Shown one piece after another: positions 37,276-52,200 of a DNA stretch of 64,000 nt. This DNA comes from Gordius albopunctatus. Its lineage: Eukaryota. The notes below the pieces were generated by a model. It did not search any database and was not told where the DNA came from. It saw only the letters and a program-made list of their open reading frames with translations. Positions within the stretch are counted from its first letter, which is position 1, and each line of letters opens with the position of its first letter. The position numbers and the translations under genes are program-made. Location of the stretch: assembly GCA_964276515.1 (NCBI GenBank), contig OZ193909.1, positions 15,004,001 to 15,068,000 of the forward strand. The letters are read 5' to 3'.

Positions 37276-40200
37276 TTAAGAAATGCCATCGTCTTTAGTG
37301 TGGGCGTCAAGTGAATTGCTTTTAGCACCGCAAGAAGTACCTAACAATACCTAAAAATCATAAAATATTAATCATTGCTTAGTTCAAATACTTAAATTCT
37401 GATTTATCCGGGCTTAATTTTTTCAAATATATGATTGATTTCCTATTTTCCAAAATTAGTAATACGAAATAAAATAAAAAATTTATGGAAATATTACAAA
37501 ATTTTGGTGAACAAATTAAAAATTAACAAGCTCTTATAACTTAGATGTAAAGAAAAAAAATTAAACCTGCAATTTTTAAATCCTTTAATGTCACTTACAT
37601 CGATGGATTCATTTAAAATGATAGCCACTTCCCTTACAAAAACTGTAAAATGAGACTCGATCATATGGTGAAAATCGGTTTGATCTTTGTGATAATTTTT
37701 AGCGTGCAAATGGATGCATTTTTGCACGATTCTGATAAAAGATCTAAAAAGCAATTAAATATAATATCTTATATCAGACTGACTATAATTCAAAAATGGT
37801 CGAACGATTAGCGTTAATATTCAATTTGATTTGCAAATTTGATGTAAAAATTAAACTTAGTAAATAATAATCAAAACTGGCATTAAATTAACAATCTGAA
37901 TCTTAAAAAGTTATTGAAACGAAAATATTTGTTTTTTACAATCTTTGAAATATAAACTACATAAAAATGTTCTTCAGCTTTTCTTTTAAATCTGGATCCC
38001 ATGCAACCGAGGTCTGGTTGGATAAAAAGGCTTGAGCATAAGCCAGAGGTCCTGAGTTTATCTGTTAATAAATAGCGCATCAAAATTTACGATAACCACT
38101 TCGATTTCCCACAAAATTTTTGTTACTATTATCGATAAACAATATTCTTGGAAGATAAGATTATATAATAGGGAAGAAGGTTAAAATATACGGTTCAGTT
38201 TTTAGTTTAAGAAATATTATTGAATAACGATGAATTACTTTTGTATATAATTTTAAAAGGACAACAGTATCAGGAATAGAGTAGGCCGTCGTTCGGCTAC
38301 TGTGAATGTCATGTTACTTGAGTACTAATGGCGCCTTGCAATTGTAGCTGCAGTTTCACGATATCGCAAACCGTCAGAGCGTACAAATCTTTGAATTCTC
38401 GCACTTTCCTTTGCATTTCATCGATGGCCGCTTCCAGGGGCGAAAGTTCTACAAACGTTTTCCATACGATGGGAATCCTCGTTTTGATGTAAGGAAAACA
38501 ATACTGGGCTGATTTTAATTCAGAAAATAGATGAGAATAAAAGTTGCTTGAAAGATAAGATATAAAGATAAAATTTAGTTTAATGATAGCTAATATAATA
38601 AAATTTTAAGCATGTTTTCTATTAAAATTCAAAATACAATATTAAAATGGGTTTCCAACTGTTTTAGTAAATATTAAGATTTAAAAATAATAAAAGATAG
38701 AAGGAGGTCGGTAATAAGTTTTGCGTCGCAGCTATCTTTTAAAATTAAAATCTTATACTATTTATAACTGAAAATATCACCTAAAATCCATAAATGAGAT
38801 TACTAAAGTGCAATTATATCGTTTCTAAACAACTTTTATTACATAAATTTAACCACATGCAAACTTACATTTAACGATAACTTTCTTCTTGTATTGTTCA
38901 GCTATATCTCCGTAAGTTTTACCAGGGGTTTTGGTGAAAGGCACTTCGAAGTAAAAGTATTGCACTCGATTATTTAACTCATAAGTACTCAAGATTTTAC
39001 AATATTCTTGCGGGACTTTTCGGGATGTAATCGGATCGATTCCCATAGATATATCCCCTTGGTCGGGAACATACGGTTGTAGGTGAGTGATTTGTATATG
39101 AGCAACATTTTTGTCGAGTAAATGCGTTTCTACCTGTATAGCACATTGTAAAATTAAATTTTAATCATCAAAAATTAAATTGTACATTTACGGGCGTTAG
39201 ATTCATCTATGCATCAAACTTCAAGATTTGAAGCTACAAAAAATACCACACAAATTTTGGCTATTAAAATGTCTGCATAACTAATTAATAGAGTGCTAAA
39301 TCTATTAATACCACTAACTAGTCACATTTTGTAGTCACTTTTAAATACAAAGTTTAGGTTTATATTCCTATATTTTACTAAACATTAAATTTTTAACCTA
39401 AAAATTAATATAAACAATATAATTTGACACAATCCCGATAAATATTAATAACCAACTTTTATTGTATTGTATAATTTTTTTAACCTCGCCGGAATGTGTT
39501 ATGAGCTGGACACCCTTGTCACCTAATAATTCAGTGTATTGCGCCTTGAGCCTCAACGACACTTCGGACAAGCGAGTAACGTGCGGTTCTTTATATACGA
39601 ATTCTCGATTGTCGTCTTTGTCAAAGCTCTTGGTATAATATATTTTATTTAAAAAGTAAAAATAGTTTATTGAGACAGAATATCAAGAAGCCATTTTTCC
39701 GAGAGACCCACCTTTAGTAGTTGATCTTTAATACTTCCTTTTCCCCGTCCTAGCAGTTTTAAGACACATTCCCACAAGTTTTTATGGGACAACAGTCTAT
39801 ATCAGAGTATCGGGATCATAGCAATTAATATCTTGTCTTATTAATTAAGGGATATCTTAAATTTTGCCCAGCCAGGCGTTGCTTTAGCTCAGGCTTTAGT
39901 GCCCAAATTCATCAGTACTTACAGACAGCTGGTGATGTTTCTATTAAACTTTATCATAGGTAAGAGAATTTAAAAATGTCAAAAATTATCTCCAGTACAA
40001 CTAAGTATAATAATTTTTAGATAAACAGTAATCTTATGTGGTAAGTTTAGTTAAAACTGAATCAATTTTAAGACCTTTTTATTATAAACTAGCTGTGCTC
40101 GGCCAAGCGTTGCTTTGGCTCAGTTCTTAAGTGGTTAAATAAGTATAACCTATTAATAAGACTTATCTAAAATGGGGCCATATATGAAATAATAATTCAA

Positions 40201-43200
40201 ATAAATAAAATATCCATAATATTTATTTAGAGCACGAATTTTATCACGTCATGGATTTTATCAACCCACTATTTTTAGCATATATATAATAAGACAAACC
40301 AAATGCGAATTCTGTTTTAGTCATCAAATCCGACTAAAATTAAATGTTTTTGAAAAAATTGCTGATCAATGCTGTTACTTATTATACAATAATACCATTA
40401 TTTTATTTTTCTAGTTAGCTGATTTATTTGAAATACAATTTTCTTTAATATAATAAAATAATTAATTGAAGGATGGATAATTATTAAAAATATGCTTCCA
40501 TGATCGACCACGTGATAATAATTTAAATATTATTTATTTAATTTAAATAGTTTGTTAAACCCCAATAATTTTGGCCGTATACTGTAACATTTTTATTATA
40601 CTTTTAAATATCTAATGCGAGAAAACTTCAGTCTTGTATGTATGACGTCATTATTGTATATGCTGCTATAACTTAAACTAGCCGGGAAATGTGCGATATT
40701 TTTAAAACGAAAAGGTATTTTAGGAATCTGAAAAGACTATTTTACCCCTGGCCGCCCTGGGCATCTACGGTTAAATTTTCGCGCGAATCGGGCCGATAGT
40801 TTCAGAATTTAGCCCTTACATACATACACACATACATAGACTTTACTTTATATATATATAGATATATTGATCATGCTAGATAAAATTTTCGTCGCGCAAT
40901 AATTTTTTCAAAATTTAATGACTATGATAAAATGAGTTATATACCTTTCCGTAAAAATTGACCTTATAATATTGACCGAAATAACGTTTTCCAGTTATGG
41001 TAAGCTCGGCAATATTAGCGTAGGCCTGACTCAATTTTTCGTACGTTTCAGATATTTCCTAGATAAGAAGAAAGCGAAGTTTTTAATCTACTTCATATAT
41101 CATTATCATATATGCATAATCAAATTTATACATTATTAATACATTATGGAACTCTTATAGAGTTTAGGATGCTTTAATTGAGAACACAAACAACTTAAGT
41201 TCTGTCAATTTTCACAAAATTTATGGGTAATAAAATAAGCAATTTTATAAATATTTAAAGAAGCTCGATTTAAACTTTTATATTACAGCTGTATTGTAAT
41301 TCCTGGATTTATCAAAATTTTCCGGATTGGTTGTAAAAATACAGCATAGAGTTATGGGTTGATAAAATTTAGCGTCGGAACTAATTGTGCTCAATTTAAT
41401 ACAAAAAATGCGGCAAGATTTTGGAAGCATTTGTGACTTATTCAGAAGCACACCGATTTAATTAAAAGCACCATTAAATTGAAAAAAAAAATTACTGCGC
41501 TGCCTAGGGATTATATAAACGAAATCAGTTTTTACCTCATATTTTTGGTCCCGTTTACTCATGCGGGTGAGCATGTGATAAATGTCATCCAAGAGCTCGA
41601 ACCTCTGCGACATTTCCACAAATTTCACGGCCGTACACAAAGTTTCCACTAGCAATGACTAAAACATAAAGTATTCGAAATATAATTTTTATCTAAGGCA
41701 TTTCGTGTCGAGAGCTTTACTTGGGTGTACATTCCCTTCACCATGCATAAATGGGAGGCTAAGTAATTATTTGTCAATTCATACTCATCCCTCACTATGT
41801 TGGCCGATATCTCAGCGTAATCCACTCGCCATTTCTCGTAGAAATCGTCTATAAATATTTTGGTTATAAAAAATTCGTTATTAAGATTTTTTGCGTTAAG
41901 CCAAACATGATAATTGATTTCAAAAAATTGGGTAACCTTTCAAAGCCAAGAAACGGGTTATAATGGCGGCGCTATGGAGGTAACAAAAGGCAGCCTAATA
42001 TATAAAACAACAAATAAAATACGCAAGATAAATATATACGAGGCAGGGTATAAGTAAGTATTCAAACATCCTATTTTATTAAATAAACTGATATATTTTT
42101 TATTAGCAGAAACCCGTTTTTAGATTATAAAGAGCCAACCCCGACAAAAAATCACCGCATAAAATAGGCTAGGTCGGGCCGAAATTTGCGCCCCAAAATC
42201 ATGACGTTAGGGAATTATACAATATATAGTTTCGTATGCATTTAGAAAATTTAGCGGCATAACAACGAAATAATCTAACTATGTCATAAATACGTAGTGA
42301 CTAGATGATCTAATATGCGATAAAATGGCTGCATCGAAGGACAATCATTATTAAAACAACTTTGGCTTCAATGCTTTTTTTATTAAAACGTTTATTTGTG
42401 TACATCAAAGTAGTTTATTCCGTTTTTAAACAACTTTGGAGCCTAAAAAGGGGTGAGAAACCTCGGTGTAATTGGCGAATTTGGCGTTGAGTTTTGCCAT
42501 ATTGACGAGCCAAGTTCTCCTAAGCTCGGGATTGTAAGAATAGGATCGGGCCAATCGTTCTTCCAAGTCCAAGTGAATTTCTGGAATTTCGGTCTTGCGT
42601 GGCATCTCATTCAAAGCCGCGAGCGAGGTTTGTATGGCAGAAATGCGAGACAACAGGTCCCCTAAATTACTTTCAAAATCTCGGATTACAGTTGCGTAAG
42701 ATGGTTCCTCTAGATCAATCGAAGGCTGACATAGCAAATCCAAGCTGGGACTGAGAGAGCCTATGTAAGAGGTGGCGTTATTCAGTTTAGAATAATCCAG
42801 ATCGGCGATAACCGCTTGATCTTCGCCCAAAAATTGTGAAAGGGCCACCATTACCTACAACCAAGGTGTGATAAATTTAATTATTTTTTCTGATTTGAAT
42901 GATTATCTAAATTTATTATAATTATTAAAAGCTAACATTATGCCTAAGCATATATAATAGCGGAATTTGTAATTAATATTTTTTATATTCGAGTCAAACG
43001 TAATTTGTTTTATATGTTTTACGTATTTTTCCTATCACTTAAAAAAATATCAAATTAAAAACTTACCTAATGTTAATAGGTGATGTGAAAGTAATAAGTA
43101 AGATTTTAATATATTATAAAAATATAATATTCTTTTATGATTCAAATAAATTTAATGTATTGTTTGACATCATCATTAAGCTTATAGGATGCACACTCAA

Positions 43201-46200
43201 ATTAAGCCTGAAGATAATAGCAATTGTTTAACAAAGACTACATAAATTTTAAACGATCATGGTGTTAATTGTCGCATTTTTTCGCCTCTTCATATTATAT
43301 TTTAATATAAGCTAAAAATTTGAAAGGAAAATAACCAAATAACCTTTCCGGATGAGTGTCTTGATTTTAATGCTTAGTCACAAAAAGATAAAAAATAATG
43401 GTAATATAAGCTCATGCCAGTCATTTTAATCGGTTGGGTCCCCCTTGTTTGGCCCCTGCGTAGTTAATAATATTGGAGAGATATACATTTGAGGTTAATC
43501 GTAAGTTTTAAGTATAAAACGAAGGCCTTGTTTCTTTTAAAGCTTTAATTTAATAAAATTTTCGCATCATGTTTCAAAATATAAAATTTTAAGTAATTTC
43601 TGCCGATAAAACTATCTAATTCCCATAGAATAATGATATTAAAGTTTCTGCTTAATTGTAATCAACCCGTGTATTTTAGATTAGTAAATTCACCGTAAAT
43701 GTATGGTAAAACATAAGTGAGTGATGATTACCAAATTTTTGGTAATATCGAATCCATCGGGACCCCTTTGCCTATGAAATATATACAAGTTCCACAGCAT
43801 TTTGTAAAAGGCGTGACAAGCGTGTTTACGCACTTCTAAAATGCCCGAATTACATTTTCCAAAGATCTACATAAATATTATTTTAAAATTTAAGGAAACA
43901 AGATAGACTTGATGAAAAAGCTTTGTGTAGAGTTTGTGACAATTGGATGTGCTTTGTAATTTTACCTAAAATAATTTATTTTTAAGGCATCGCGTAAAAT
44001 AAAGTTACGTCCATAACAAACTTGTCCAAACTATTGAGAACCGTTATAATAACACGATCGGCTTGGCAATCTTGAAGCAAAGCGCAGCACGCATCAATCG
44101 CAATTTCAATTAGGATGTCATCGTCTGGCGTCAATACTTTTTCACTGCACTAGTTGACGATAAACATCGTTTAAAGGCAAAATTAATTTGATCACCTTTA
44201 AAAATTGTCCTAATAAGGAGACGTTTTCTGCTACGGAAAATGATATTTGAGCGCAGCAATTAGACCACATGTTTTTACTAGGTTTCCCATTGATTTCATT
44301 CGCTGGAAATTATATTTCAGGGCATAAAATTAGTTGCAATTAGTTATTTTTAAGAATTATGTGTAAAATAGGTTTATATATATATATTATTTTAGTTATT
44401 AATAGGATTACATTTTTTATGGTCTAAAAAAGATAAATATCTAATTAAAATATTTCATATAAATTATATTACCAGAAAACGTCTGATTCTGTTTAGGTTT
44501 ATATGAAAAGTTTTGCAGGGTTTCGTAAAGCAAAACGAAGAGTAACTTTAAATTAAGAGAAGATTCTCCATCTTCAGCTCGGAGTGTTTCAAAATATTTC
44601 ATTTTGTCACATTCCCTCATGGTATTCAAAATATATAAAATTGATATGTATGCATCCATCTTTTCTTCCGCATTAAATGGGTGCATAACGAACGGAACCC
44701 CCCCTATCCTAAAATTTGTCAAGAAATGAGACATAAATATAAAGGTATGCCCCTTTAAATTGCAGAGATAGTGTCTTCGTAATAAGAGACTATAACATTT
44801 GTATGAGAGTATATCTATAGCTCATCTTCATAAAGCTATTATTATTATTGGGTAAACAATATTATAGGTCATCTCAGAATTTTTGTAGTCTTGAAAACGT
44901 TTAAGTTTCCTTACGTGATAGAAGATTCCTGAATTTGATCCAAACTTTGACATTTTTGGTGGCCATTTTGAAATTTGAGTGAGGAAGGAACGGATGATGC
45001 ATCGAATGAATTGGAAAAAGGTTTGGACGGGGGGCTTCTCAATACGTAGGGCGATTGAAGAACTTTATTAGTCGCGGGGATTAATTCTGTTTATATCAAA
45101 CAAATACAGAGTAAATTAATTTAAATCATTCTCAAATAGTAAAATAGCCATTTGGTGTATAAACTAATTAGAATCCCGCAGGAAGACATTGAAACTGGTC
45201 TTAAAACCTATATTAGTACATTTGTTAAGATATAACTTGAAAAGTGATTTTTTAACATTAAAAATAAATGGCCAACTAATCAGAAACTCGCTGGTGGTAA
45301 ATATTAAAAAAGGATTCTATGATATTTCCAATCAATAATCTAAATTAAATAGATTCAGGCAACTACCTTGACCAGCTATCAGGCTTAATATATCTTTGTT
45401 CCCATCAATTTTCGAGGTTCTTGGACGAGATTCCTTGTAATCAGCAACTCCTTGAAAACTTTGACGTGCTTTGTGCATAATATTGGCTGATGAATTAGAT
45501 GATGTAGAGTCATTTTTATGCGGGGAGACTATGCTCTTTACTATGTGCAAATGCATTTTTGGGGACATTTTTTCGATGTTCGCCATATAAAGTCCAATTA
45601 ATGGTAGGTAAAGCAAGGATATTTGACTTTGTAAATCCTATAAATATATGATGAATCAGAATAAAAATTAAGACGCCCTGATTAATCTCGACAAACATAG
45701 GGTAAAATTTATTTTTTTGATGGATTGATCATCAATATAAAAATTGCTGACACAGCTTATATTATAAAGTAGAAGCATCCACCTAAAAAAATGGTCGTCG
45801 ATGTCCCTTCTAAGATACTAATATTTTCTAAATCAATACCGTGAAAACAACAAAGTTTCCGATGCGACGACATAAAAGGAAAATTATCATTGAGCCATAT
45901 CTCTGTAATTTGCAGCAATGAGCGAATTACTTTGGTTCGATACCTCGGGTCCAAGGAATGTTTAATTAACAAATTACGTATAGCCACAATCACCCTATCT
46001 CGAATTTGGGTGAGGTGGTCCATAGATATTTCCAAAAGCTTAAACAGTAGCCCAATAAGGAAATGGTCGTGCAGATATTGATTGTTTAGCATTATACCTG
46101 TGATAAGAAAAGAAGAATAAATTATTAAATTTGCGATGCTATATGCTGGAAATACCTAATTAATGCCATAATCGGGGTCATAAAAACTTGGGCCAAAAGT

Positions 46201-49200
46201 TTAATAAAAAAATTGTAACCTAAACTTCTTGCCAACCGTTAGATTTTTAACCACTATGAAAAACCTCTAATAGGGTTCTTCAAAAAATCGAAAGAGCCCG
46301 TTATTTGCGTGCCCAAAATCACGTGAAACTATAAAATTTGAGAATCATTTTAAAGTGAGAAATCTGAATACGTCGTCTTGAATGTTGAAAAATCTTTAAT
46401 ATCTTACATTTGAATATATATTATTGCCATTGATTTCTAAGAAATTATAGAGTTATTTTTGTGGAAATCATAAACTCAATGATTCTAAAAAATAGATAAA
46501 TATAGGATATGCAATAATTTTAAAGTGTTTTTACACCCACAAACCCTACTTGTTATTAGTTAGCAGTAGTGATAATAATTTGTTATATTGTATTTGTTTA
46601 TTTTATTTGATCATAAAATCAAATCTTCTTAAAACCTACCTCAAGAAGAGCTTAATATAGGAAAAACAACTTTAAAAATCATTCACTTACTCCATTTCGA
46701 AAGTAGGGGCAAATTTAGTGGTAAAAAGTGTTCATATTCCAATAACTTCTCCATAAAATCCATTTTGATATTCCACGTCGCCTATTTTCATTATATTTAT
46801 AAACCTTTGCCCAAATAATATTAAATCCAAAACTTGATTGTCACAGCTATAAATATAGTTTACCGCAAAAAATGCATTAATATCTAACCCCCTATCTAAT
46901 TAAATGTATACCTGAAACGGGTATATATACAATAAAATAATTACTTTTAGATTAACAAACCTATTATAATACGTAACATTTTTTACAAAACAACAAATCA
47001 ATAAAAAACATTCTTTCAGAAGAGCAGCTTATAATTAATAAAGCCATTATTTTTTAACACGATTTATTAAGGTCGCATATTAATACCTTGTGGGGTGCGA
47101 AATTGTCCAAATTTGCTATGTGAGAGTATATGAGTTCGAAGGTAAACCCTCGATCCACCATTGCAAAAAGGCCCTGTAGATATGATAACAAATTTTTTCA
47201 TCCCCAATTTTCCAAAAAAATGTTTTTGTCCAGATATAAAGTTTTTATATAAATGTTTCTTAATCATTTTAAACGTAAAATGTATCGATAAAATCTAATG
47301 TTGATTCAGGGACTTTAACAACAATTTCGCCGAAAAGCCATATCATATTATCTACTCTTATCACCATTCTTCTTATTAATGCAATGTTAAAATAACCCAC
47401 TTTAATGCAAAATGTTTTTATGATCATTTTTTGGACACTAACATAAATTTATCTAAAATCAAAACACTAATATTATATGAAGTCTAAATTAAAAATTAAA
47501 TCCTTATCATGGATTATAGGACATGCCATAACAGCGAAATGGAATATTATACCTGAATAAAAGTGGCTAAAGATATGCTCCACGCTTTACTTTCGCCCGT
47601 GTGGTACTCTGCCCTAGCAGCTATGTTGGATGTTATGATGAGGCATAAATTCTTGCAATCGTACAAAAATTCAGATGTAAATCTTTCCTTCCTGTTGGCC
47701 TAGTTAAGAAATATATCTGATCAAAACTAAACGAAAATTTATTTTAGAATAAATATACTTTTTAAAAGATTATAGCGTTTATAAATATTTTTAAAATAAA
47801 TCTCAGACAATTGAAGATCTTTAACAAAATGCTTGTTAGAAAAGCTTATTTGCAGGAAAAACACTACGTTAAATTTGTTTTTAGGACTTTGATAACAAAC
47901 ACTAATACGAATAAGCTTGATCTGAATCCCATAGTAAAAACAATTAAAAAATATTTTCATAAAAATCTATAGTTTCATCTGTGTAAATAAATGCCCCCCA
48001 AAAATAAAAAAAATTTATCATCTTGAATGTGATAATAATAAATTTTGCAAAAAACTTTAGGAAAATAAGACGCTAAAATAACACATGTTTAATTTGGTAA
48101 CAAAGCTTATGATATACTAGATGAGCCTTTTATGAATATTAAAAAAAGATATTAAACCAAAACCCTTTTTAATTCTAACTGCTTAACCCTAGGATGTCCA
48201 AAAATAGTGAAATTGAAGTAATCTCAAAAATTAAGTAGCTTTTAACTCATGATGCCATAGTCTATACTTATCAGAGACCAGATTTGCCCGACCCGACCCT
48301 GCCTTAAATTTCGGGCGGGCCCGGGCGGGCACGGTGATAAGATTCGGGCAATTGGGGCATAGTTAAATTAAAATCATAGTATATTATCTTGTTCCTTTTT
48401 TATTAGATTGTATATCGCAAATGCTGCCCCCGTCCCCAAGTTAAATCTTTGCCCGACTCCACTTCTTAGCTACGTTTATGGGAAGGATTGAATCATTTAT
48501 ATTTATGTAGCCATTTCATTGATCGCAATAAACATGTGTGCGGTCTAGACTTAAGACAAAGGCTTCATGCCATAATTTTTAAACAAATAAAATTTGGTTC
48601 AATTCGCCTTTTGTATTCTCTAATCTACGCTATTACTTATTTATGATTTCTATAATAAAATTAATTTCCATATCATTCTTTTTTGCCCCATTTCTTTCGT
48701 CCTTTATATTCCCTTATCTACGCTATTACTTATTTATATAATACATAATTAATTCGCAACCATTCCTTTTTTGCTTCAAATAAAAATTGTCTCCATCCTA
48801 TTCTACAACAAAGTAAGCGTATATTACTAATTGAAATAATTTTTTCATTAACCTAAATGCATTAGCAATTAACACCTATTAAAATTGTGTGACCATTTTT
48901 TAATAGTGGTTGAAAGATCTTGGAATTGCATAAATTTGGGTGTAACAAGTAAATTTAATTATTAGGGCCGGGCAGCTCTAATGGTTAGGGCATGTTAGAA
49001 ATTTGGATCGAGTCGGGTTCGGACAGAAAAATTTAAACAAATCTGACCTATGTTTGGGATCGCATAAATTCGGGATTAACGGGCAAATTTAATATTTCGG
49101 GCCGGGAAATTCGGGCAGCTTTAACGATTCGGGCGGGACCGGGCGGACATTTAGTTGGGTCGGGCGGCCCGGGCGGGTAATGAAGTAAAAAAATTTAATG

Positions 49201-52200
49201 GGGCCGGGTTTGGGCAGAAAATTCCAAACAAATCTCACCTCTGACACTTATATTATTTGTTTACGTTTCGTTAATAAGATTTTTTAATATCGTTATTTTT
49301 AGTGAATTCAAATGACAAAAAACATCTATGTTTACTTTGCACTTGTCTGTGGCATCGAGCCACAGCCCCATACATTTCAATGTCATGCTAGATAAGTGAT
49401 CGAAGTTATTCATAATCTTGTAAATTAGCATTTGGTCAGACGTAGTGGGTTTTAACATTTCGGACATCACCTTAAGAAATGTATGATACAAGGGTAGGGG
49501 TTGAGAAGCTTGTTTACACTTTATCACATCCCAATCCATTACCCGTTGGATCCAATCTTCAATCAAACCCCTGAGTCCGTTGGCATTCATGTCGTCAATT
49601 AGCTTAACCATGAGCCTTTATTGATTGAATCATGGCGGTTTAACTTTTATTTACCGACATATTAATGAACTAATAGAGTTAGTGGTTTTACTTGTGCACC
49701 GCTTTTCTGCACTATTTCGCAAGAGATTTAGCTCACGTTATTTACTATAATAGTTTGTAATTTTATTTGGAAATCGCTATTCTACACTGTTTTACCCCGC
49801 GTTAGTGATGACGCGCGAAAGCGAAAAAAAGCCAAGTGAATTTTTGTGCTAATTTATCAAACTTTTCATTATTTTTCTTAATATCTTCATATTCGTCGTG
49901 AATTTTATCATATACATATCACGAAAATAACAATTGTAAATAGGAGACGGTGTTCATAGTGAAACCGCAGACCATTATTTTCGCCTGCGGCAAAAAGCGA
50001 ACGAAAATAAGATGCAAATCATTTTCTACTTTTCGCGCAGCAATGGTTAAAAAATTGAATGCGGTGCACGTATGTATTTTTTATATAATTTTATATGTTT
50101 ATAGAATAATTACGATCTTATCAATGATATTAGTGCAATACCATTGATATATGAGAAATTTCACGGTGAATATAAAGATATTAATAAAAAAATGAAAAGT
50201 TTGATAAATTAGCCCAAAAATTCACTTGGCTTTCGCGCGTAGAAGAGATTTAGCTTACGTTATTTACTATTGCATGAATTTATAAATGGTGACATAGTCA
50301 AACGTGAAAATTTAGTGATAGTAGTGTTTTAAATGGTGGTTTTCAAACTGCTAACGCTCTCTGAGAAGTAAGAATAAAATGATTGTTCTTCTCAACCTGT
50401 ATTAAAAGTGTGCCGCATTTGTTAAATTTTGCGGTCAAAGCAGAGAAAATTCTTAACCCAAAAATATATTGAAAACTTAATACAAAAAATATTTTTGGTG
50501 TACTTATAAATCGTCTGCGCCATATCCACGTTGATCGCTTTGGGTAAAAGGTACAACAATAGCGTAAAAACGGTTTGGGAATGTTTGATTATTTCACTCA
50601 ATGATGCCTGATTCATTTTCTAATTCAACATGCAAGTTTAATATCACTAAATTATATACAATTAAATATAATATGTTGTTGTTGTTTAAATGATCGCTTC
50701 CAGACAGACAACCCTCTCAATAGTGTTGAAAAAAGAGCTGGGGGCTTTTGTTTGGTCGGCCTTTGGTTCTTTGGTCTTTTATGTTTAGTCGACTACTAGC
50801 CTAAAAAAACCAGAGTCGACCGTTAGTCTTAGTTAAAGCAAAGGTCGACCGAGCAAAAGCCTCCACCCCTTTTTACAACACTACCTTAAAAATCTCAACA
50901 AAAACAATTGCAAACTTAATTCGATACGGTTTAATCTTCTAACCAACGTTTTTATTCAAAATTAGTTATGACGTTAAGAATAAATAATTGAGTATCTATT
51001 TAGTTTATTCTTGTTAAGCTATAGATCTAATATGTTAGAGTTGACTATTGCTGTACCAAAATATTTTTAAAAATCGCTATTGTACATAAGGATTTATAAG
51101 AAGGTCAATGCATTTTTCCCTCTAAATATTAACACATTGGTAGACTATTAGCATTTTTTAAAAGCAGTCAAGCAGATATCCAGTATATTGCTCATACAAC
51201 CCAACCCATTATTTTAAATTTACCTCCAACAATATCAAAGTTTCTGCTTCTCTCCTAATATCAACACCAAGGTTTGAAGAGGCTTGAACGTGGGCGAACA
51301 GTTCATTGATAGCCGTATCTTTGGTGTGAATGGCAGAAACGGAGTCGAAGGCAACTTTAAATAAAGCCTTTCCACTCTCGACCCATTTAATAGCCGTAGC
51401 ATTGTTACCAGAGCCAGTTGATAACAACTCTTTGGAACTTCCAAAACTCTGTAACTCCGAAGCACTAAGCCGGTGTCCGTTTACATTGGCATTTCCATTA
51501 CTGGAGGAGCGATGGTCCGTTAATATGGTAGACTGCCTGTGGTTTTGACTGGTCGGGCGAGAAGAGTGGCTCGGGTGCGGACAGAATAAATAACCTTGGC
51601 ATAAGCTAGTGCACACAGGGAGCTCTTGGGGGCCATTGACCAACCTTGTTAATTATTGATTAAATGGTTCAAAGATGCTTATATGTGTGTATATATATAC
51701 TTATTTATAAACATTAATATATAAATTCTAGACTTTTTACAGTAATGGACCTTTAAATAAATTAGGAATGTAGTGTGGAATTAAATTTTCAAAGTATCGT
51801 AAAAAGATAATAAATAAGGAAGGGCGTAACCAAGAAAAGTTTATGTTGGGGGGGGGGGGATAATTAAATTTAATTTTTTTATTAAATTAATCGAATATTT
51901 TAAAATAATATAGGTTAATAATCTCAAACTTTCCGCCTTGTATTAAGGGAATCCAGGTGTAGCCGACGGGCGTGGAAAAACTGTTTTTTTGCTTATCGTG
52001 TGGCTTGACGGTATTATTGACCGAAACGTGATAAAACGTGAAGAGTAAATGGTGCTTGGGGGTAAGAACCAAAGGAAGATCCACTCTAAACTACAAAAAC
52101 ATGGAATAATGTTTCAATTTAAAATATAAATACATTAAATTCTGGAAACATCTTTATACCTATGGCTACACTAAATATAGACAAGTATTTGCAATCAAAT

